Shown: positions 1-11,100 of the stretch, in pieces | Numbering within the stretch: the stretch's first letter is position 1 | How the letters are laid out: the number at the start of each line of letters is the position of its first letter | Program-made: the position numbers and the translations under genes | Assembly (NCBI GenBank): GCA_900617105.1 | Contig: UYFQ01000403.1 | Coordinates: forward strand, 1-38,937 | Direction: 5' to 3' | DNA from: Hydrurus foetidus | Lineage: Eukaryota | Length of the DNA: 38,937 bases | Notes under the pieces: generated by a model | The model's input: the letters and a program-made list of their open reading frames with translations, nothing else | What the model was told of the DNA's origin: nothing | Database searches by the model: none

Positions 1-3000
1 ACAGGCAACGTGTTCTAACATTATGCAACAGTGCTACAGGATACATACAGCAGGGGTACTTACGTCACCTGATACAGTGTACATAATATAACGATGATGG
101 TGATAGTGATATGTTTGACGATTGATTGATGATCAGCATCATCAATGCATCATATTTGAGTATGCTAACATGACTATACGACACAGGCAACGTGTTCTAA
201 CATTATGCTACAGTGCTACAGGGTACATACAGGTGGGGTATTACGTCACCTGATATAGTGTACATAATATCGAATAACGATGATAGTGATATGTTTGACG
301 ATTGATTGATGATCAGCATCATCAATGCATCATATTTGAGTATGCTAACATGACTATACGACACAGGCAACGTGTTCTAACATTATACTACAGTGCTACA
401 GGATACATACAGTGGGGTACTTACGTCACCTGATACAGTGTACATAATATCGAATAACGATGATGGTGATGATATGTTTGACGATTGATTGATGATCAGC
501 ATCATCAATGCATCATATTTGAGTATGCTAACATGACTATACGACACAGGCAACGTGTTCTAACATTATGCTACAGTGCTACAGTGATACATACAGTGGG
601 GGTACTTACGTCACCTGATACAGTGTACATAATATCGAATATCGATGATGTGATATGTTTGACGATTGATTGATGATCAGCATCATCAATGCATCATACT
701 TGAGTATGCTAACATGACTATACGACACAGGCAACGTGTTCTAACATTATGCTACAGTGCTACAGGATACATACAGTGGGGTACTTACGTCACCTGATAT
801 AGTGTACATAATATCGAATAACGATGATAGTGATATGTTTGACGATTGATTCATGATCAGCATCATCAATGCATCATATTTGAGTATGCTAACATGACTA
901 TACGACACAGGCAACGTGTTCTGACATTATGCTACAGTGCTACAGGGTACATACAGTGGGGTACTTACGTCACCTGATATAGTGTACATAATATCGAATA
1001 ACGATGATGGTGATAGTGATATGTTTGACGATTGATTGATGATCAGCATCATCAATGCATCATATTTGAGTATGCTAACATGACTATACGACACAGGCAA
1101 CGTGTTCTAACATTATGCTACAGTGCTACAGGGTACATACAGTGGGGGTACTTACGTCACCTGATACAGTGTACATAATATCGAATAACGATGATATGAT
1201 ATGTTTGACGATTGATTGATGATCAGCATCATCAATGCATCATACTTGAGTATGCTAACATGACTATACGACACAGGCAACGTGTTCTAACATTATGCTA
1301 CAGTGCTACAGGGTACATACAGTGGGGGTACTTACGTCACCTGATATAGTGTACATAATATCGAATAACGATGATGGTGATAGTGATATGTTTGACGATT
1401 GATTGATGATCAGCATCATCAATGCATCATACTTGAGTATGCTAACATGACTATACGACACAGGCAACGTGTTCTAACATTATGCTACAGTGCTACAGGG
1501 TACATACAGTGGGGGTACTTACGTCACCTGATATAGTGTACATAATATCGAATAACGATGATGGTGATATGTTTGACGATTGATTGATGATCAGCATCAT
1601 CAATGCATCATATTTGTATGCTAACATGACTATACGACACAGGCAACGTGTTCTAACATTATGCTACAGTGCTACAGTATAGGGTACATACAGTGGGGGT
1701 ACTTACGTCACCTGATATAGTGTACATAATATCGAATAACGATGATGGTGATATGTTTGACGATTGATTGATGATCAGCATCATCAATGCATCATACTTG
1801 AGTATGCTAACATGACTATACGACACAGGCAACGTGTTCTGACATTATGCTACAGGTGGTGGGTTTATCTGATGGTACATAATATCGAATAACGATGATG
1901 GTGATATGTTTGACGATTGATTCATGATCAGCATCATCAATGCATCATACTTGAGTATGCTAACATGACTATACGACACAGGCAACGTGTTCTAACATTA
2001 TGCTACAGTGCTACAGGATAACATACAGTGGGGGTACTTACGTCACCTGATACAGTGTACATAATATCGAATAACGATGATAGTGATATGTTTGACGATT
2101 GATTCATGATCAGCATCATCAATGCATCATACTTGAGTATGCTAACATGACTATACGACACAGGCAACGTGTTCTAACATTATGCTAAAGTGCTACAGGA
2201 TACATACAGTGGGGGTACTTACGTCACCTGATATAGTGTACATAATATCGAATAACGATGATAGTGATATATATGTTTGACGATTGATTGATGATCAGCA
2301 TCATCAATGCATCATATTTGAGTATGCTAACATGACTATACGACACAGGCAACGTGTTCTGACATTATACTAAAGTGCTACAGGATACATACAGTGGGGT
2401 ACTTACGTCACCTGATATAGTGTACATAATATCGAATAACGATGATAGTGATATGTTTGACGATTGATTGATGATCAGCATCATCAATGCATCATACTTG
2501 AGTATGCTAACATGACTATACGACACAGGCAACGTGTTCTAACATTATGCTACAGTGCTACAGGATAGGGTACATACAGTGGGGGTACTTACGTCACCTG
2601 ATACAGTGTACATAATATCGAATAACGATGATGGTGATATGTTTGACGATTGATTGATGATCAGCATCATCAATGCATCATACTTGAGTATGCTAACATG
2701 ACTATACGACACAGGCAACGTGTTCTAACATTATGCTACAGTGCTACAGGATAGGGTACATACAGTGGGGGTACTTACGTCACCTGATACAGTGTACATA
2801 ATATCGAATAACGATGATGGTGATAGTGATATGTTTGACGATTGATTCATGATCAGCATCATCAATGCATCATACTTGAGTATGCTAACATGACTATACG
2901 ACACAGGCAACGTGTTCTAACATTATGCTACAGTGCTACAGTGCTACAGGGTACATACAGTGGGGGTACTTACGTCACCTGATACAGTGTACATAATATC

Positions 3001-4018
3001 GAATAACGATGATAGTGATAGTGATATGTTTGACGATTGATTGATGATCAGCATCATCAATGCATCATACTTGAGTATGCTAACATGACTATACGACACA
3101 GGCAACGTGTTCTAACATTATGCTACAGTGCTACAGGGTACATACAGTGGGGGTACTTACGTCACCTGATACAGTGTACATAATATCGAATAACGATGAT
3201 AGTGATATGTTTGACGATTGATTGATGATCAGCATCATCAATGCATCATATTTGAGTATGCTAACATGACTATACGACACAGGCAACGTGTTCTGACATT
3301 ATATGCTACAGTGCTACAGGGTACATACAGTGGGGGTACTTACGTCACCTGATGCAGTGTACATAATATCGAATAACGATGATGGTGATATGATATGTTT
3401 GACGATTGATTCATGATCAGCATCATCAATGCATCATATTTGAGTATGCTAACATGACTATACGACACAGGCAACGTGTTCTGACATTATATTCTAAAGT
3501 GCTACAGGATACATACAGTGGGGTACTTACGTCACCTGATATAGTGTACATAATATCGAATATCGATGATAGTGATATATTTGACGATTGATTCATGATC
3601 AGCATCATCAATGCATCATATTTGAGTATGCTAACATGACTATACGACACAGGCAACGTGTTCTAACATTATGCTACAGTGCTACAGGATACATACAGTG
3701 GGGTACTTACGTCACCTGATATAGTGTACATAATATCGAATAACGATGATAGTGATATATTTGACGATTGATTGATGATCAGCATCATCAATGCATCATA
3801 CTTGAGTATGCTAACATGACTATACGACACAGGCAACGTGTTCTAACATTATGCTACAGTGCTACAGGGTAGGGTACATACAGCGGGGGTACTTACGTCA
3901 CCTGATGCAGCGTACATAATATCGAATAACGATGATAGTGATAGTGATATGTTTGACGATTGATTGATGATCAGCATCATCAATGCATCATACTTGAGTA
4001 TGCTAACATGACTATACG
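1..4018. repeat. Tandem satellite array, ~181-bp monomer (left block, ~22 units, runs off the window start)
   Basis: Head-to-tail copies of ACACAGGCAACGTGTTCTAACATTATGCTACAGTGCTACAGGGTACATACAGTGGGGGTACTTACGTCACCTGATACAGTGTACATAATATCGAATAACGATGATGGTGATATGTTTGACGATTGATTGATGATCAGCATCATCAATGCATCATACTTGAGTATGCTAACATGACTATACG. This block is more variable than the right block. Confidence 0.99.
4014..4018. repeat. Left target-site duplication ATACG (right copy 12628-12632)
   Basis: Satellite ...GACT-ATACG|TGTAAGAC at the left end and GTCTGACA|ATACG-ACACAGGC at the right end. Removing the element and one ATACG restores an intact monomer. Confidence 0.97.
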
Positions 4019-4931
4019 TGTAAGACTAAATACAAGATGTCACCTTCTAGCGTTCGCAGCGAAGGTGGAGAAGCAGCTGCAGGCTACTGTCTCAATTCAG
4101 TGAGCTATCGAGTAGACGAAGCTGTGAAGTACAACGTATTAAATTCTGATTAGAGTTTACAGATAGCCACGCAAAAGAGCTATCGGAACAGTTCATGACA
4201 GTGAAACTACCTTGAGACAAAGTTCACAGCGAGATGTGTTGTTCATAGCATGTGCTTGAGGAACGTTGCATGAATGCTTATAGTAACGAAGTGTTTTGGC
4301 GATACTGAAGAATCATGAAAGGCGAACGTTCATTTGCGTGAGGTCAGAGGGTTCGTACTAACTGATACATGGCGATAGTACAGGGGTACGTATGCGTGTA
4401 TATGTATATGAACGTACATGCGTGAGTACTAACTGCTATATGGCGATATTATAGGAGTACGTATGCATGTGTATGTATAAGAACGTACATGCGTAAGTAC
4501 AGTGGTACTTACGTATGTACGCCTATACATCTATGTACTACGCTATTGGCGATCGTACATACGTACATATTATATATGTACATACATGTGTAAGTACGTG
4601 TGTGTACGTATGCATATAATAATTTGTACTAACATGTGCACGTACGTATGTACGTGTGTGCGTGACCATACAAGTGTACGCTATGCTATATGCGTGCGTA
4701 CGTACGTACGTACATATTGACTATGTACGTACATGTGTAAGTACATGTGTGTACGTATGCATAAATGAGTATGCACTAACATGTGTAAGTACGTGTGTAC
4801 GTGTGCATGTTATCATATCTGCATGTGTACTTACGTACGTACGTGTCGCATAACGTACATGTATATATTTGAAACTATATTTGCAACTATATTACTACAG
4901 ACATATCTTGATAGAATCAAGTGGTCTGACA
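4019..4931 (-). repeat. 3' LTR (913 bp)
   Basis: TGTAAGAC...GTCTGACA (7/8 terminal inverted repeat). Direct repeat of 11715-12627; the only difference seen is A4622 vs G12318. Confidence 0.97.
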
Positions 4932-4941
4932 CTCCCCGTAG
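4932..4941 (-). promoter_or_regulatory. Polypurine tract (plus-strand primer)
   Basis: Minus strand reads CTACGGGGAG immediately before the TG of the 3' LTR. The tract is short but correctly placed. Confidence 0.75.
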
Positions 4942-5063
4942 TGAAGATGTAGTGTAAAATAATGCATGTTTACTTATGAGCTACCTTTATAATATTAGAA
5001 TTAACATAGTATATGTGTGATCAAGACAAATACAATATTAAAACATAATTAGTATAGTGCTAT

Positions 5064-8000
5064 TTAAAGATTTCGTCTCTGAGACTGATCTATAATTTGA
5101 TTTAGAAGTTTATTAAATATTGGTAGAGAAACTCTTTTTGTACCAATATCTGAATTATTATCGCACGATTTAACTTTAACAACTACGCAAGTACCATCAG
5201 CAACCTTCTCTTTGACCCAGTTTTCGGTGAGGTCGAGGTGCCTTAGGTTGCGTGTCATGTGTGCTGCCTTAGAATGGTATATACAGGCTTGGTTGTCTTC
5301 TTCAATAGAGGTTGGACCTTGGACCCATCCCATCATGTTTAGGATGCCTCTGTTGGCTATGACCTCTGCTTTGAGTGTGTGGTTGACAGCCTTGATTTCC
5401 GACTCTGCCGTTGATGTTGATATGCTGCCTTGGTCGGTGGAACACCAGCAGATAAGGTTACGGCCGAGGTATCCAAGGTATGCAGTCTGGGAGTGGCTAT
5501 TGTCGGGATTACCACCCAAATCTGCATCGCATTGAAACCGGAGTTGAAGTAGCGTTGTCATAGTCTCGATGTCTCTGGGTCCATCGTGTCCATGGAACAC
5601 TAGTCGATCACTTCGTGCGTACTTGCAGTACTGCAATAAGTGTTTGAGGAATTTGATATGTCTGGGACCTGGGTTGTTACCATAACGGGATAGTACATTG
5701 AGTGCATACAGAATGCCGACCATGGTATGTACCATACCGTACATTAGTTGACCCACGACCCTCCTGTACGGGTACTTCATACACTGCATACGTTCCTCAG
5801 GGGTAGAAGCGTTGTCTAGTTTTGACAATGCAGGTTCTTGGTCCCCAGTCGGGTATGGTAAGTGCATGTCCTTTGCACCAGATATATTAGCCTCTTTTAT
5901 TATTGAATCAATCATGCGATGTTGATCCATATAATATGTGCCATCTTCATCACGCTGAATACGAATACCAACGAACTCCTTGTCAGTTGCATCAGTGACT
6001 TCATACTTGTGTGCATTGAAGGTGGCGATGATCAGATCCCATTCATCAAGTTTGTCCGAAGGACCAAACCATCTGAAGTCATCACTGTGAGCGATGATAA
6101 GCATGGGTCTACCATCTGTGGTCCATTTAAAGAAGAACTTGAGGTCCCAGGGTGTGTTCTTGTAACCACACTCGAAGATACAAATATCAAACTCTATGGA
6201 AAAGTTTTGCCCTGCAGGTGGGAATCCATAAAGATTGCCGACAGCCTGAAAGCAGAAACCGGGTGGGCAAGTGTATCCCTGCGGTGTCTTTATGTGCACC
6301 GGGAAGTTAACATTTGCTCTTGTAATGAGGTAAGCACCAATGAGGTCACCTCCTTTCATTACTAGTCCATATGCTGCTGCAATGCTTAGTGCCATCTTGA
6401 TGGAACACGATGATACATTTCCGCAGTATACGGCGTCGGGGTCGAAGTCCACGAGTGGTATCATCATATCTCCCCGTCCCACTAAACGGGCCTTTTTCGT
6501 ACCGTCGGTTTTTATACTAAAAAGCCACATCATTGGTACCAGGTGTTGGTCAATGTATGGTACTACATGTAAACATGAGTTCTTCTCGAATTTCTTTAAT
6601 TCAGTATCTATTGCGTTTTTCCATTCAGGTATAGCCATAGCTTTCCAGAATGATTTTGGCACATTGAGTTGATCGAAATTGATGAAGAGTTTTTCGTGAT
6701 GACTTGCTTCAATCAATGAGAGAAAATGTTCGTGATTTCTAACATGAGTAGAGTACCAGTAGACAGCATCGTCATTTTCAATGTTTTGAATTGGTGTATT
6801 AATACCAATGTCATTATCATCGATGTCGGATTTGTTATTTGTATCTCTAATTGGTGTTGGATCAAACGGTATATTCTGTTTTGTTGATTTGATATTAGTC
6901 GATCCAGATTTATTAACAATTTTGTTATTGTTAATCACATTTGGATGTATTTTCGCTGGAATAGGATTTTCAGGAGTTCGATTCTGAATAATGCAAGGTA
7001 TTACAGGTACAGGGTGTATTGGAATAGCTGGAGTTGCTAGTTGTTGTTCAGAATCTTTTTCAACTACCTTGTTAGCTGGTAGGACTGCAGAGATATCGTT
7101 ATTGATATTCTGGTGTAAATTAGAAAAGTCAAGATCGGATGGGTACTCGTCCGTGTAATTATAATTATTGTCTTTGTCGAAAATGACGTCCTTACTTGTC
7201 CTAATTTTGCCGAAGATTCCGGTTGGTAGTATTTCGATGACCTTAAAACAAGGCTCGAGCGTTCTCGATAAATCGTAACCAACGAATCTGGCTTTGTATG
7301 CACGAGGAAAACCGATTTTTCCTTTCCTATCTTCAAGCGCGATGTGAACCCAACATAAGCTCCAAAAGGCCTTGAGGTTCTTGAGGATTACATGCTTTCC
7401 AGTGATGAGATGATACGGTGATGTCTTGATTGCTGAATGGTAATTGAATGCATGGGTGATGCATGTATACTCAAAGGCAAGATCCCAGAACTTCTGTGGT
7501 ACTGACATCCCTAAAGGTTGCATGGTGATGTTGCACTTCATCGATAAGACGCCTACTGCACGTTCTGCGATTCCATTTGCATGTTTGTCGCGAGGTGGTG
7601 TTGGCTCAAGTCGATATCCGAAGTTGTGAAGGCATTGAAGGAATTCAGCTGACCGATAAGATTTCTCTGCATCGGCTCTGATGAATCGGTCTACGCCTGG
7701 AAGCGAGGGCTTCCACTCAGGATGTGATTGGAAGAGGGTGGAGAAGCTTTTGACAAGTTCTGCAGCTCCCCGGTCTTTCGTGAAGCATGGATAACTTCGT
7801 CTTGTAGATAAGTCCGTGATGATATCGCAGTACTTATAACCGGCCTGTGACCGGTGTGTATGTGTATACGCGTCAAGTGAGAATTGACTGCCGTAGCAAG
7901 GAGATGGCAAACGGTGTATACGAAGATGGTCCGTAGAGGTCTGTCGCATCGTGCCCTGTACGCATGCTGCGCATATTGGTCTTGGTGTAGATGCATCCAA

Positions 8001-8138
8001 GTTGGAGTAGTGTGCTCCAATGGTGTGCTGTCGGTGCCAGGCCATACCCTCTTCGCCAGGGTGTCCTAGTACGCGATGCACGTGGTCGTAAATCGAAAGC
8101 TCCTTTACACTCGTGACCAAGAGTTGAGCCGGTTGCAC
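5064..8138 (-). CDS. pol: Pol: integrase, reverse transcriptase, RNase H (in-frame continuation of the upstream ORF after a single TGA)
   Basis: HHCC (HRVLGH...CAAC). Integrase DDE (SLDAY, RADAE, IAERAV) and copia-type KARFVGY. RT motifs KKARLVGRG, GGDLIGAYL, LYGFPPAG, HSDD. RNase H motifs CDADLGG, STAESE, EDNQAC. There is no ATG at the ORF start (GTG directly after the TGA). Confidence 0.95.
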   Translation of the reverse strand: MQPAQLLVTSVKELSIYDHVHRVLGHPGEEGMAWHRQHTIGAHYSNLDASTPRPICAACVQGTMRQTSTDHLRIHRLPSPCYGSQFSLDAYTHTHRSQAGYKYCDIITDLSTRRSYPCFTKDRGAAELVKSFSTLFQSHPEWKPSLPGVDRFIRADAEKSYRSAEFLQCLHNFGYRLEPTPPRDKHANGIAERAVGVLSMKCNITMQPLGMSVPQKFWDLAFEYTCITHAFNYHSAIKTSPYHLITGKHVILKNLKAFWSLCWVHIALEDRKGKIGFPRAYKARFVGYDLSRTLEPCFKVIEILPTGIFGKIRTSKDVIFDKDNNYNYTDEYPSDLDFSNLHQNINNDISAVLPANKVVEKDSEQQLATPAIPIHPVPVIPCIIQNRTPENPIPAKIHPNVINNNKIVNKSGSTNIKSTKQNIPFDPTPIRDTNNKSDIDDNDIGINTPIQNIENDDAVYWYSTHVRNHEHFLSLIEASHHEKLFINFDQLNVPKSFWKAMAIPEWKNAIDTELKKFEKNSCLHVVPYIDQHLVPMMWLFSIKTDGTKKARLVGRGDMMIPLVDFDPDAVYCGNVSSCSIKMALSIAAAYGLVMKGGDLIGAYLITRANVNFPVHIKTPQGYTCPPGFCFQAVGNLYGFPPAGQNFSIEFDICIFECGYKNTPWDLKFFFKWTTDGRPMLIIAHSDDFRWFGPSDKLDEWDLIIATFNAHKYEVTDATDKEFVGIRIQRDEDGTYYMDQHRMIDSIIKEANISGAKDMHLPYPTGDQEPALSKLDNASTPEERMQCMKYPYRRVVGQLMYGMVHTMVGILYALNVLSRYGNNPGPRHIKFLKHLLQYCKYARSDRLVFHGHDGPRDIETMTTLLQLRFQCDADLGGNPDNSHSQTAYLGYLGRNLICWCSTDQGSISTSTAESEIKAVNHTLKAEVIANRGILNMMGWVQGPTSIEEDNQACIYHSKAAHMTRNLRHLDLTENWVKEKVADGTCVVVKVKSCDNNSDIGTKRVSLPIFNKLLNQIIDQSQRRNL

Positions 8139-11100
8139 TCAGTTGGAGTCCAGCAAGTAGAGGCCTTCCTCTACCTTGCCACTCATAACTGGGTGAGCTG
8201 TCTTTGAAATTGTCTGAAGGTGTGGGATGACATCTATCGCATTGAAGAACTTGCAGTCCTTAGAGGTGAAGATGCCCACAAATCCCTTTGCACACGCTTG
8301 AGACACTGAGAGCAGTGTAGTATCATTCATTTGATCGATGACAATAGTCTTGAGCATGAATGGTGGGAGTAGTCCCATCTCAGTAGGCTGGGCAGTCTCC
8401 CCGAAAGCTGCTGAGACACTGCATGATGTAGGTCTAAGGTCACGGAGACTGCTGCGCAATCCAGTACCAGATGTAGATGCACCACTGTCAATGACTGTCT
8501 TGTGACTTGTCTTCTTGAATGACATGAATTTGCTGTCTTTGTCTGTAACTGTAAGTAAGTTGAGACTCTTCTTCTCAGCCAGTGCTCTTGCTTTTGCACG
8601 ACGTGTGGCAGACACTGAATCTCTTGATGGTGATTTGGCTGGCGGAGTGCGCATTCGATATGGCTCAGGTGTTGCCAGATCTGCCATTGGAGGATGCAAA
8701 ATATCTTGTGTAGATTGCTGAGAGTCGAGTGACATGGGAGGATGCTCCAGCTGCAATGTTTGCTGCTCTTCCTCCTTGATGGTATATGGGACTGATACAG
8801 TCATACGAGGTACACCAGCAGTCTTAAGTGCTGGAACAATATCATCAGTAACAAGAGGAGGGTCTTGAAGCATTGGTGGAGCATGCATTGAGCTGGATGT
8901 TCCTGGTGTCTCCTTGAACTCATTGTCATCTGATGTCTTGATGATCTTCCTGCGTGCTGGACGCTTGGTATCAGTCTGGATTGATGCCCACAGACTGCGT
9001 TTATGACCCATCACGTATGGGTGATTGTATCGGGTCAGGTCTTCTTGGCATCTCCTGTGATGATCAGATGATGACCCTGGTGGAGTCATGTCTATGTCAT
9101 CACCTTCTGATTCATCATCACTATACTCGTCGTCATCATCATCATCATTATCATCATCATTTTCTTCAGTGTGGTCAGTCGTCTCACTAAGCAGGTCCTC
9201 TCTGTTGATGGCACTCATACGTGAATATGATGTCGTGATGGGGCTTGTCTGCAATGCATAAGACTGTGGTGTTGGAGGCATTGGTTTGATGTTGTTGATG
9301 ATTGCAGAGAAAGCATCGTGGAAGACTATCTGATCCAAGAACTGTGCGTTGGATCGATATGTATTCAATGTGAATAGCACATTTGCTCTTGTCTGGGATT
9401 CATCAGCTTGCATTTGCAATGCATCACGAAGAAGTTGCGCGCAGAATGACATGAAGTCGTAAATAATAGCCAAAGAGAGAATACGTAGAAGTCGCCATGG
9501 AATGTCAGGATGCTCCATGATGTATCTGATAGCCACAAAGTACTTCTCCACGTTTCTCATGTTTGATTGGTAAAACCCATAGTCGTCGGAATGATAGAAT
9601 TTGTCGGAGAGAGGGTTGAAGTTCATATAACTGAAATTTTCGGAACCCTCCCTGTCTGGAATCAACACGTCGGCGTTCAAGAACCTGTTTCCAATTTTGT
9701 AGAGCATACGCATAAGCCGTTTGTCTGCTGTACGAACATCTTCTCGGATTTTCACGGATCTCGAGATGGTTGGGCTCTCTGAAAGCCATGTGAATGCCAC
9801 CAAGATGTGTACCATCCTTGGTTCAGCTGCTGTCAGGTCTTGGAAGCTGACAACAATTCCGGAGAGAGGATCAGTAGGAGATCCATCATAGTCGCTGGGA
9901 GAAGAACCGGCGAATCTATTATACTTCTCGACCGAGTTGAGCATTGTGAACAGGTGACGCCTGATCTCACGAAGTCTTGGAAACGGCTCAAGGTGGTAGA
10001 ACTCTGGGAACTCAGCAATGGATGTCGTTGATTGTTCCTTGAAGCGAAGAACATTGAACCGATCGATATGGTTGCTGGATCCATCGCCATTGAAATACTG
10101 AGGATCTCCTGTTGTCCAGCCGTCAACATCAGCAGATTGCAAAGTCCTGATGGTTGTAAGTTGGTTCAGCGAATATCCAGCTGGGTTCTTTGCCGTTGCA
10201 ACTCCTTTGGGATAGCCAACAAGTGATCGATGGGAATCTGACACGATGATTGGTTTCTTGAAAGGAAACTTCGGTGGAGTCTTCTGATCTTTCTTGAAAG
10301 GAGGTGGATTCTTGTTGGGCTTCTTGTCAGATGGTGCTCCCTTGTTTGGCGGCGCTGCTGCATGTGAATACTTGCATGAGGAACCGTTGGTACATAGGCC
10401 AGCGATGTGACGTCTGCACAGCTCCAAGGTTGGAGTAAGGGAAGCCATCTTGTGAGCTACCGCTGGGGCAGGATCAAGAAGCACAAGGTATTTGATGGTG
10501 TCGTCGTAGGATGCCTTTGACGTCTTTGATGAGGCCATGATTGATAAGACGCTGAATCTTGCATCATGCTCCAGCTTTTCTTGTAGATGGTAAAGCTTTT
10601 GGTCATCAGTGACGGGCACGCCACTTGCGACTTTGAGGACTCTGAAGGCCTCTTCGATGGTTGCCACATTCTCCTGAATGGTTTGTGTGGACTTGAGCTT
10701 CAGGGAGTGGAGCTGATCCGTTGCCTTCCTGATGTCGCTGTTCTTTGTGCCGTTGATGTGATCGTAGATAGTCTTGAACCATAAGACCGCATCGTTGTCG
10801 GCAATCACACGCTTGATCAAATAATGTAGATCTTTCCCAGTAACCATATTGAGAATAACCAATAAGCGATCCAAATCGTGTAATCTTTTGTAGATGTCAT
10901 CGGCTGGGATGACATCATACAATCCTTCTTCTGCTAATACCAGTGACCTAGGTGAATACCCTCCAGGGTTCCGAGCAGTAATGACTGGTAACTCACGATC
11001 GCCTTTGGCTAATGTAAGAAGTTTACATTCACCTAGAGCGACCATGAACGTTTCCATATTGTCGCGGTTGTCCTTCCCAGAGTTGGAAAACTTGGGCATC

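Noticed and set aside
8139..8141. Alternative genetic code (TGA=Trp) explaining the gag-pol stop
   Set aside because: The many other Trp residues are read without TGA, this is the only TGA in ~2190 codons, and it is not at a conserved Trp position.
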